Shown here: piece by piece, positions 39,147 to 49,911 of the stretch | Position numbering within the stretch: the first letter of the stretch is position 1 | Layout of the letters: every line of letters starts with the position of its first letter | Origin: Eremomyces bilateralis CBS 781.70 | Lineage: Eukaryota | Length of the DNA: 64,000 bases | NCBI GenBank assembly: GCA_010015585.1 | Contig: ML975150.1 | Strand: one strand, 5' to 3' | Made by a program: the position numbers and the translations under genes | The notes under the pieces: generated by a model | Seen by the model: only the letters and a program-made list of their open reading frames with translations | The model's database searches: none | What the model was told of the DNA's origin: nothing

Positions 39147-39816
39147 TTAGGACGACTTCCCATGGATGAACACTCTCTCTTCCAGGGGTTTGAACGTCTT
39201 CTCCCCAGGTTCGCCCGCCCGTCCACCAAAAACGAGCTGTGCCTTCATCATCCAGTCCGTCGGAATATTCCATTCCTGCTTCGCACGCGCGTCGACGATC
39301 GGGTTATAGTGCTGGAGATTGCAACCCAATCCCTCCTGCTCCAATGCGGTCCATAACACGTATTGGTGCATGGCGTTGGTATGCTCGCTCCACTGCGTGA
39401 ACTTATCCGCGTACATGGCAAACTTCGTCTCGAACTCGTGGATGACGGATGCGTCTTCGAAGAAGAGGATCTGGAAGTGCGTTAGCCCGTGCTTCATTGC
39501 TGGATATGAGGGGATGATGTACCGATCCGCATCCGCCTTGGAAGCCGTTCAATCTCGCTTCAGACCCTTTCCATGCCTCGGGAGTTGGCACATGGGGTTT
39601 CACGACCTCCTTGACAAGCTCCCAGAATTTCTCATGCTCTTTGCCGAGTAGGACGACTAATCGCGTGCTCTGGGAATTGAAGCTGCTAGGGATGTGGAGA
39701 ACGGCGTGATGGACGATCTCTTCGATCCGTGAATCGGGGATGGGGGATTTCTTGTTGAGCCCATAGATGGTGCGGCGGGCCTTGACGGCCTCGAGGAACG
39801 TGTCCGAGTTACCCAT
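39147..39816 (-). CDS. Nitroreductase family protein (Hbn1/Frm2-like)
   Basis: RRTIYGL, PSSFNSQSTR, WTALEQEGLGCNLQHYNP, AQLVFG; one intron near 39473-39520. Confidence 0.9.
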
Positions 39817-40486
39817 CTTGGTGAAAGTGATCGAGAAAGCTCGAGGACGGGAGAAGATCTTCGGACTCGGAGTGTATGGTACTTTGGGAACTGATGATCG
39901 GATAGAGACTCAGAGAATTGAAGGAGATGCCAATGACTTTACAGACAACAGACATCCGGCTCCACTAACCGCAGTATGCCGATATGACATGACAGAAGCA
40001 ATGGAAATTTAAGAAGCTGGTAGACTACCGGTTGAGAGTCCGATAGACGAGGTCATGCTAAAGTACTAACTTAACTAGTAAACTTACCTTAGCGGAGGGA
40101 ACAGGGGCATAGCACCAGTGTCGATACCGTGGTAGCACCGTAGTGTCGTTTCCCTGTATAGATCATCCACACGGAGTGGTTTTAGTGTCGTTCGTCACTC
40201 GTGTTAGTAGGAGTTACGGAGATCCTGGACATTATGGAGTATATATGCCGCAGTGTCAAGTTTTGACACCATGTCCTCGAAGACCTGTATCGTGCGAAGT
40301 TCACGTGCTAGTCGTCGTACGGTGTCAAATTCCTCGTCGTGTCAAGTGGCGGTCCGTGTCAAACGGTCCGCCGTGTCAATCTCTCTTCGGTATCAGGGAC
40401 GTCCCGTGTCTGCCTCATTCTCCGTATAGAGATCACATGACCTTGAAATTGCTCAATTCACCAGCTGTTACGGTTATTGTCTATAT

Positions 40487-43400
40487 CTAGGCTCCACTAT
40501 GTAGCCTCCATAGTAATCATCATCTTCTTCGTCTACTACTGTCGCCAATTGCAACACCAGCTAGCTCCTATCCACCGATCCACCTGCCCACGCCGCCAGA
40601 ATATCCCGTCGTCCATCACCGAATCGATCTAATCCTGCAACCTGTGTCCACCGCCTTGGGTGCGATGTAATGTTGATACTAGAGTCGTCTGGTCGGGCTG
40701 CAAGAAGGGAGCGTTGGTTTGAGACTAAGTGATGGGGATAGAACAAGATACCTGCACAGGTATCGATCGGTTCGGGGGAGCAGCGCTGTGATATGGAGCG
40801 ATCAGCTTGGGAATACTAGAAACGGGTACGGTGCTTACTTGTAGTGATTGTTTCGGTTAACTACCATAGAGCTGTGATGAGGGAGCGATCAGCTTAAGAG
40901 ATATAATAGAAGATGGGGACACTAACTCGTATGGACTGATTGACAGTAGGAACTATATTCGTGGAACGATCGGTTTAGTTAGTACCGGTATGATAATATG
41001 GGGAGGGAATAATTACATGTATCGTACCTCTTGGGAGTTATTAGAGCCATAGCAGTGCCTTCTTAACCCAGATATACTCGTCCGTCTCTTTCGAATTCGA
41101 TAAGGTGACGAATCTATTATCATCCTTCTTGATTAGAACAAAGTAGAGCTGATCCGTCGATGACAGGGAGGCCAAGGATAAACGGAGCCATTGCCTCGTT
41201 TTGACCATCTTCTGAAGGAACTATGCGCACCCGGCGGTAACCTATACCGAGTCGGTCGTCGACGATAGCTGTATCCGGGTTCGCACAGGGACCACCGATA
41301 ACGAAGAGACGCCGGACGCGATCGAATGTATGGATAAAGATATGGTCGATGCGAATGATAGACCTGCCAGTATCGACCACTCCTCGAGTCCTAATATAGA
41401 TAAAGTCTCCCAGCTTGAACGTAAAACGCTTCTCTTGCTTGGGGTCAGTGAACGAAAGCTTCTTACACCACTGGAAAGTGCTACCATAAAACTGGACAAT
41501 GTTAGGCAGGCCGTAGTCTGCGTAAGCGGTGATAAGAGCACGTAGGAAAACTGTATCCATATGCGTCCATCGGGTTGGAAGCCCAAGTTGCTCACGGCAA
41601 TGCTTCGCCTGGATACAACCGATAGCTGTTGGTCGCTCATGGGTATCGTCGGGGCGGACGCGGCAGTCATCATCGTCGTCGTCTATAGCTCTATCAAGGG
41701 CTATTAGCTCAGATCGAGGGAGAATTGAAGTAAATAGTGTCGGGAACTGGCGAAGGAGATCCTGAGTAGCTATAGTCAAGTTGCGGTAGGCCTCAGAATC
41801 GCTATAGGCGAAGGCGTTGAGTAGTAATAGTCGAATGGTTTACCGTAAGTCCTCCTGGATAAGGGTTCTCGCTCAACCTTTTGATGGTTCGTCTGGTAGA
41901 TGACCTTCTTAAAGAAGCGATGCTTGTCCTCGCCGACGAGGACGTTACAGTTGCTCGGCATAGCATACTCTTCTGCGAGTTGAGGATAATGAAGAGCAGT
42001 ATGCATGTTCGGCTTTTTGATGTCGCTTAGATATAGCACGGCCTTTGCTGCCGATTCCTTAGGGACGTCTACCGTATGCTCGACGCCGGGCCTAGGGCCT
42101 TGAGTACGCTGAGATTGGGTCGTCCCGGTTGGCTGAGATTCCCGAGAAAGCGATCGACGACGGCGGGGATTCTCTGTCAACGAATCAGCTGCTTGTTGGA
42201 GGAGAGATTGGAGCTGATTGCGGTGTCTTGAAACAATCTCGGTCATTCGTTGACGGTCAGCTGCATCGATGTGATCTCCCATCAGAACACAATTACTCTG
42301 CGCGGCGGCTGCGTAGCAGTTGATAATCACCTTAACCGGACTCTCTCCGGTTCTCCTCAACGACGCCAAGAAATATGGCTAGATATGAGTCTCCCGTAAC
42401 CAACAGCGTAATAGGACTGGGATTACTAGCGACCACCGGGCATGCTCAGACAAGGAGTAGCTCTTCAAGTGGCGAAGTGGGCCTTGGACATGCGGCCAAT
42501 TCGGGGGGAAGGGGAACGATCGGAGCGTTTCGGCGTAGCTCTGGCAGCCCTTCGTCGTAAGGATCGCATCGAGGAGGAGGCTATGCATCATCCGACTAAG
42601 TCCCAGATACTCTGAGTGAGCAGGATCTCCCGGTCTTGACATGATAAGATCGAGGGCAGGGGATATCTTTATAAGGGAAGGGGCAGCCAGGTTGAGACCC
42701 CATCTTGTAGCATACCTCTCCCGTGCGGCCTGCGTAATACAGGCGTTCATAACCTCGCGCATCGCGAGGGTTTGATGATGATATCGCCCGTTTCGGAACG
42801 TATCGTAGAAGAGGTCTCCGCGGGATTCGTTGTCTATGAAGCAATTGCGACAGCCAAGCTTTGCACGCTGAGACTTCATACCTGCATTTTCCTGCTGCTG
42901 TGGCATATCACCAAGGTATGCCATAGTAAACGCACAGAGGAGGACCTTCTCCCCTCCTTGAAGGGTGACTTCTTGCCCTCGGTCAAGCCGTTTCATAAAC
43001 GGCTCGAGGGCAGAGATAACGTCGTCGAAGTTGCTGCCATGGGGACCAAGCGTAATTGGGAAGACGTTCGCTCGACGAGCTCTCTCCTTAAAGGATAGTC
43101 CCGCAGGGATGATATACATCCCCATTAACGTTCGGTACGTTGTCCGGTATAGACCAAAGCCGTCAATGAATATATTTAGGGCGATTGAGACGGTACGCCC
43201 GACAGATGATACTCTGTATCAAATCCAGTAAGGTGGTCGCCTCCAAATTCGGCCAACTCTAGCTTGCCACGGAGGGGATTGCTAAGGCAGAGCGGAGTAA
43301 CAGTCGGTTGATAGATCTCGGAACCCTGATCGTCGTAGATACGCCGGATGAGGAGGCTCGGTCGAATTGTTAAAAGGCGAATACTTTCCCCTTCCCAGAT

Positions 43401-44719
43401 CGATCATCTCCAAAGTTGTAGTCTAGCTGGACGTCTGGGATATAGGAAATGATCTGACACTCGGAGACAAAGTAGTAGAAGTTCCATGAGAGGAGCCCCT
43501 CATAATCAAGGACCGGAGGATCTAGCTGTACCGTAATATCGGATTTCAAGAGCACTAGCTCGATCTCAATCACGATATGGCCTGTCTGACCGGATCTGAA
43601 ATCCCGTCCAACGCCGTAGACCCGGCCAGTATGTAGCTTCTGGTTCTCGGCGCCCTGGGAGCAGTGGCAGGGCGCTTCACCACAAATGAAAGTGACAAAG
43701 TCGGATGGAAAAATCGGCATCCCCGACTGGTAATGCGCGAATGCCCCAGACGTCGCGCGAATCGATGATGCCCAGGCGTGAGAATGCCATAGCTCAGAGG
43801 GCTCGTCGTGATACTCCGCCATTCCAGTATGGATCTTATCCATCAAATCAGAGCTAGCAATGTTGCAGAAGAGGGAGAAAGGATTGATAAAATAGAGGTC
43901 ATCCGTAAGCTTATCCAATGCCGCGTGATGCTGCTGCTCCCGGGCAACCTTCTCGGGAACCAGTGGAACTGGCTTCCTTCGGAGGTCCATTAGCGGAAGC
44001 TGGCCACGAACCTGACGTTTCAACGTTGAGAGGCCCGTAGGTAGGCTGCGAATTGCCCGAGGTAGATCGTTGCCGGCCATAGTCAGTGCTTCGAGTAAGG
44101 CGGTATATTGTGGGCGAGAAATCCCGGCATCGATACACCAGAGTCCGATAGCAAGATGGAAACCAGACTGGAACTCCGTACGGGGGTAGTCAAAGGGAAT
44201 AGACTTATCCTCGGGGATATCGGTAGCTTTGGGATTTCCCCCTGATGTCGTAACGGGTGAGGGTGCTTCCTCGGTCTCGTTGAAGGATTGAGTCGGGATG
44301 CTTTCGTACCTAACAGACTCGACCACGTCATCGTATTGATCGGCTTGTTGGAGCTCCTGGAGGTCAAGATCGATTGGTAGAGTTGCGGTCGTGGTAGGAG
44401 TATCGTCCTCCTCGGTATCGAGACGGGATACGATATCGCGTAGGTCAACAACACTCCCGCGTTCATCCGGCTAGTTGATGTCATGAAGCTGGAGGCCACC
44501 GATATCGTTGTCGTCACTCCCACTGTCGATATTAGCCCGCTTGCTGCTGCTTTCGACTGGGTTTGGATCCTGGTTGACGGCTGCCATACGGCGGATCCTA
44601 GAACGGCGGAATTGTTGGCGGTTCTGCCCCGATATCACGACTCGTGGAGCCATGAAACCGGTATCTGAAGCACCCTGAGCGTAGCAAATCGAGTCAGGGG
44701 GGATTAGGGGTTTGAACAT
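40487..44719 (-). pseudogene. CMC (EnSpm/Plavaka-like) transposase, disrupted
   Basis: ELWHSHAW, IFIDGFG, YLGDMPQQQENAG..GCRNC, DPAHSEYLG, GEDKHRFFK; stop at about 42380 and frameshifts near 43200 and 41865; ends approximate. Confidence 0.7.
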
Positions 44720-45321
44720 AAACGGAGTACTAATCCGAGAGAGAGTCCGGGAGACGATAAGACTTGAGGATAGTGGGTAGAAGGAAAATAGACTGAGTGA
44801 GTGCGCTTGAAAACGAGTAGGCGCCTACCCATGTGACTTCGATGGAGGAGTAAGACAGACTCGTATCAACCGTACGGTACGCTTCTATCACCTTGCCTCG
44901 ATTTCTCGCTCTTCCTCCCTCCCTCTCTCTTCTCCTCCTTCTTTACGCGATAACATCATCACCGTTTGTCCGTTTGTTCCTCTCTGGATCTAGGACATCA
45001 AGATCGGTCTCATCGGTTCAAAACCAGCACGGCAGTGCTCAGCTTCAACGCGAATTTCCCCGCAGAAAATGGCCACCCCGAGAGGGGGTCGTGGAAGGCG
45101 GCGTAGTACGAGGGGTAGGGATGAAGTCTCTATAGAGGTAGTTAAGGGCAAGAAATTAACTGCTTGGTTCCCTCCCAGTTTTATACTAACCTAGTGGTTA
45201 TACCTAGGGTCCCCGAGGACGCGGTATTGGACCAAGTGGCCTTAGCGCTTCTACTGGTTCCGGAACTTACACTCCAACTCTCAGCGGTTCTAGGAGAGGT
45301 CAGCAGGCTCGAACCGACCCG

Positions 45322-46545
45322 ATGCCGATAGAACCTCTCCTCCGGTTTTTCGGGACTACCGATAGCGGCGATACCGCTGTCGGTAGTCCCCTTCCCGGAA
45401 GTGTGGTTCATTCGGTCAGCCTCGACGATGATACCGAGCTTCCTGCGACCCCTGAGTCTCAGGGGTCGGCCGGTACGCCTCCTGTGAAGAGCTTCCTTAT
45501 CCTGATCTCGAAGGAAACTCGGATGAAGATGCGTTCCCGCCTCATCGATGGTGAGCGACTCGACCACGTCACCCGGGCTTCAGAGGCCGTAAGTGGATTC
45601 GTTCCGAAGGAGGAACTCAGCGAGTATATCCGTCGCCTCGACCGCGTCATCCGCTGGAATACCTTCTTGACGCACAGTAACATCAATGCCTATAACATGA
45701 TCGACTTCGTTACCGACGGAAAGGTTGCTGTAGATGCCTCCGAGTTTTGGATCCTTCGTACAAAGATCCTCGACAATGTCCGCACCTATAAGAACAAGAT
45801 GCTGGCACGCTTCGAGGTAGGCTTACTCTATTCTACTAGTCTAGATACTAACATTACCGTGAGATCCATATCAAGAGCCTTATCGAGATCGAACCCTGGA
45901 TCAAGAACATGAACGAGGATGGTCTCCGCAAGCGTCTAGAATCGAAGTTCAACGCCCAGAACTTCCTGTTCGTCTGGTACTACATGAAGGACTACATAGA
46001 CGTCGACAACTCTGCCCCTCTTGGGAAATGGTTTATGAAGAGTATATTACTTCCTAAAACCTCGCTTTCCCGCGACTTAGACTCACCAGTGTTGCTTCTA
46101 GATATGTACGTCAATATGGGCGTGTACGTCAAGTCCTGGATGGACGAGAACGAGAGTAAGGATATCCGGGAGCGGCTTCTTCAAGCCTATGACCTATGGG
46201 CCCTCAACGAAGCGTTCGATGACGTCGATAAGGGCGACTTTATGGAGTTGTCTCAGAAGTTCCGCAATGAGCGTAAGAAGAAGAAACGCGACTTTGCCAC
46301 TATCAACAAAAATGTTCATCGTTATAGGCGATCGTCCTGCGAAACAGTCTCCGCTTCGTTCTCGCCATGATGGAGATTCTGAGCCGGAGCAGGCCGCGAG
46401 CCTGACGTCGCGTAGTGGTGAGGACCCATTCGGTGACGACGGCATCAACCGGGCTAGCGGTACGGGAGATGGCGATACCGAGTCCCAGTTTGGTGGGGAT
46501 GCCACTCAGGACGATGAATACGAGTTCGCTTATCGAACCATTTGA
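45322..46545 (+). CDS. Second, divergently oriented ORF of the transposon, unknown function, multi-exon
   Basis: Consecutive coding-like ORFs 45322-45912, 45909-46370 and 46189-46545 inside the TIRs; basic RNERKKKKR segment and acidic tail. Confidence 0.55.
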
Positions 46546-47119
46546 CCGCCGACTCATCGCCCCTAAGGTGGGATAGTGCCGCCGAAGGTGAGGTCGTGTG
46601 TAAGGTCGGTCGTGGGTGAGGTCGTGGGTTAGGAACCGCCTGTTAACTAAGAAACGTCAGTCAGGTAGTCGAAAGCAGTATACCAAGCAACGCATGTGGA
46701 TTCCGTGACCGGTTTGATGCTATGGCCTATGGGAGATGCAGATGCAGGGAAATGTGGGGTGGGAAACGGGGGGGGAAATCCCCTGTGGGGGGCCCTGTGG
46801 GAGCCCCTCCCCTCCAGATACCGTGTCGACACAGTGTCAGAAACCTTCCCGTGTCAACAGTATTCCCGTGTCGATAATGCACCGTGTCGTAGAACATGAA
46901 CAGTGTATCTCCTGCGGCATTAGGAGTATCCGTGACGATAGAGTATTAAGATGGGTACGCTTCGCGGACCAATTACGAGAAGATATAGCTACTAAGAAAT
47001 ATATTGGCACTGTATCACCACAGCGGAACCCCCCACATGGAGTCGACACAGTTGCATTCCCCCTGTTCCCTCCGCTAAGGTAGTTACTACTAACTGCTAA
47101 GTAACCAAGTTACCAATAA

Positions 47120-48388
47120 CCAAGCCAAAAGTCTGCGCACAGACCCCTTACTTTGACAATCAATAACTTTACCAAAATGAGGTCTTTTGGCACAAAAATA
47201 AGTGATAATCGAGGGCCTAATAAGGAGCTATCAGTTGCTCAAAGAGCTGGGGTTGTTCAGGCTGCTGAAGATGGGAAACCAAAGACTGAAATCGCGCGCA
47301 ACTTTCGCGTCTCTCGAAGCGCGGTGTATGGGACCCTAGAGAGGTGGGAAGAACACCAAACCACCGTATCTTTACCCCGTAAAGGGAGTCCCCATAAGCT
47401 ATCACGCTCTGGCGAACGGCATATCGTTCAAATCGCGCGTCGATTTCCTGAAATGGAATATGGAGAGCTCCTCGCAGGTATTTCGTACCTCCGCGTTTCT
47501 AGGAAGACTATCTACCGAATCCTTAAGAAATATCACCTTACGAAATGGCGAGCGAAGAAGGGACCTTACCTAAAACCCTACCACGTAAAAGGCCGCCTCC
47601 GATTTGCCCACGAATTCCTTGAATTCGACTTCTTCAGGACCCACTCTACAGACGAGTGCTCGTATGAGAAGGGGACAGGCGGTAAGCAGGTATGGGTATG
47701 GCGCCTGTACCACGAAGCGTATGAGTCGCGAATGGTAGAGCCAAAGACGTCAGGGAAGGTGATTTCGTAGATGATTTGAGGCTTAATTTCGCGTGATGGG
47801 CGATCAGATCTGGTGATTATGGACCGCGACGAAACCTCCGCAAGACAGGGCTATTCCGCAAAATCCTACATCGCTGCATTAGAGGAGAGACTCCTCTCTA
47901 CGTACGAACCCGGAAATGTTGTTATCCAGGATAATGTAAAGATCTATACGGCTAAAATTACCTAAGAATGGCTGGAGACGCACGGTATCTGGGTCACCGA
48001 TTGGCCGGCCAATTCCCCAGATATTAACCCTATCGAGCATATATGGCATCTATTGAAAACCAAGGTCCTAGAGCTCCACCCTGAATTAAAGCCGATAGGC
48101 ACCTCAGAGGAGGCACGGGAGGCTATGAATGCGGCGTTAGAGGAGGTATAGTGGGCGATCCCTTAGGAGACGATCCGAGAGCTGATCGACTCAATTCCGC
48201 GACGTCTACAGGCGGTAATCAAGGCAAAAGGGTGGCATACGAAATATTAGATATTTCCCAATTAAGAAATCAAAAAAGTAGACTGAATTTGCATTTGTAT
48301 GTGTTTTGCAGCGTATCTAAAGATACGGTGTATAGCGATTAGATTTGGTGATTTTCGGGGGTGTGTGCAGACATTTGTCTACTTAGTG
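47120..48388 (+). mobile_element. Tc1/mariner (Tc1-type DDE) transposon relic with RIP-type stops
   Basis: ORF 47177-48250 with HTH, TDECS, QDN, SPDINPIEHIW, GWHTKY; internal TAG/TGA/TAA; imperfect TIRs at 47125-47147 and 48357-48388 followed by TA. Confidence 0.9.
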
Positions 48389-48533
48389 TACTCTATGATG
48401 TTGGTCACTAGAGTAACTATACGGGATAATTAACTTACCCTAGGAGTTCCGCGACGATCAACACAAATATCAAGGCTTGTAAACATTCCTAAGTAAGAGG
48501 CGACTAACCTTCACTTACAAGCCGTGATAGTAA

Positions 48534-49496
48534 CTATTGCTTGAAAAAATCATTCATGTCAACGTCTTTATCGAACACTCCCACAGCTGCAGAAGAGTTT
48601 CTTTGTGTTGTTACATCCCTGATCCGCAGGTTGACCTTTCCGACAACACTCTCAGGTAATCCTACCAAAGCTCTCGAATCGTCGGACGTTATGATGTTGG
48701 AAATATCATGGCCTGTCCGTTTGGAGCGCACTTGTGAGAAAAGAGCAGCAGAAGCCACCTGATCAGCCTCGAAGAGGCGTGACTGTTCTTCAACTTCCTG
48801 AATGGCTAGGGTTCGCTGTGCACCACCATCTTCTTCGTCGTCTAGCCCTTCCTGTAGCCCTTGCACACGCTTTTGTGCGTCACCTTGCTGCTTCTTGGTA
48901 AGATCTATATGCTCTTGGATCTTGGCCTCGAGAGCCTGCAACTGTGCCTTCAGTTTCTTGCGATCAGTCTCCGACGTTTGTTCGGAGCGGAGTTGAACGA
49001 TTCTTTCTAGAGAGTCAGCATACATCCGCGGAAGTGATATAAGATAGCTGACCTACAATTGGGTACTTGTGACGGCAAAATGGACCGTAGTCTGGCAAGA
49101 CTGGACCTGCATTCTGAACGTCCGGAATTTTTCTCTATTCCACACGCCGACTGAAAGGCGATCTCTAAGGGAGAGTTGTGTGCCGCCGGAATGTTTCGTC
49201 CATCGCTTTAAATTGTCCGTAAATTTGGCGCATGCCTGGCCGCAGTTGTTCACGGCTTCGACGACACCGGTCTTCTCCAGATCCACTTTGGCTGCGGTAT
49301 ACATTGCTGCGTCTGAAATGATGAGATCCTCCAGGGCGGCCAACGGGCGCTGCACACCCTCTAAGTTTGAAGCAATATCTTGTACTACATCTTTAGCCTC
49401 AGCAAGATTGTCAATGAAGTTATGAAGTTGGACGATGCTGGAGATAGCAAACGTCGTAATGCCTAGAGTGCTTGCAGTAATACTAAGAGGATCCAT
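48534..49496 (-). CDS. HeLo-like domain effector with C-terminal two-repeat HET-s-like amyloid motif
   Basis: MDPLSITASTLGITTFAISSI N-terminal helix; inferred intron 49003-49056; C-terminal HDISNIITSDDSRALVG and LRIRDVTTQRNSSAAVG followed by an aromatic FF tail. Confidence 0.8.
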
Positions 49497-49911
49497 GGGT
49501 TCTGGTTCGAGGACGTGAGAATTAATGAATGGAACCCGTATGAAATCAGAAGAATCGTAATAGAAGAACGGAGATGTTTCTCTGATAGATACCTACGGAT
49601 GGATGGATTTTCGTAAGCATAAAATGGACGAGGCTGTTGAGAAAGGCGAACGGGCTGTATTTCTGTTGGGACTGAAGGCTGCTGTTCAGATGAGGTGATG
49701 CTGCACGGCTCCAACAAATCATTGTGCATGGCTGAACGCTGCCGTTAAGCGAGCCAGACGAAGCATTTAATTAGAACCGCTTCGAATTGGGAATAACAGT
49801 TTTGTTGCTGGACATCCCATGCTGTCTTGATGCATCACAAATGATAATAGTGCTGATCCTCAAAGCACTAGTTAGCAAAGGCTTGTGTTATTATCGCCAC
49901 TGTGAAGCCGT

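Larger units (their letters stand above)
40087..47080. mobile_element. 7.0-kb DNA transposon, CMC/EnSpm-like transposase, 21-bp perfect TIRs, TA on both flanks
   Basis: CCTTAGCGGAGGGAACAGGGG at 40087-40107 and its exact reverse complement at 47060-47080; TA at 40085-86 and 47081-82; subterminal GTGTC repeats; internal transposase. Confidence 0.88.
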
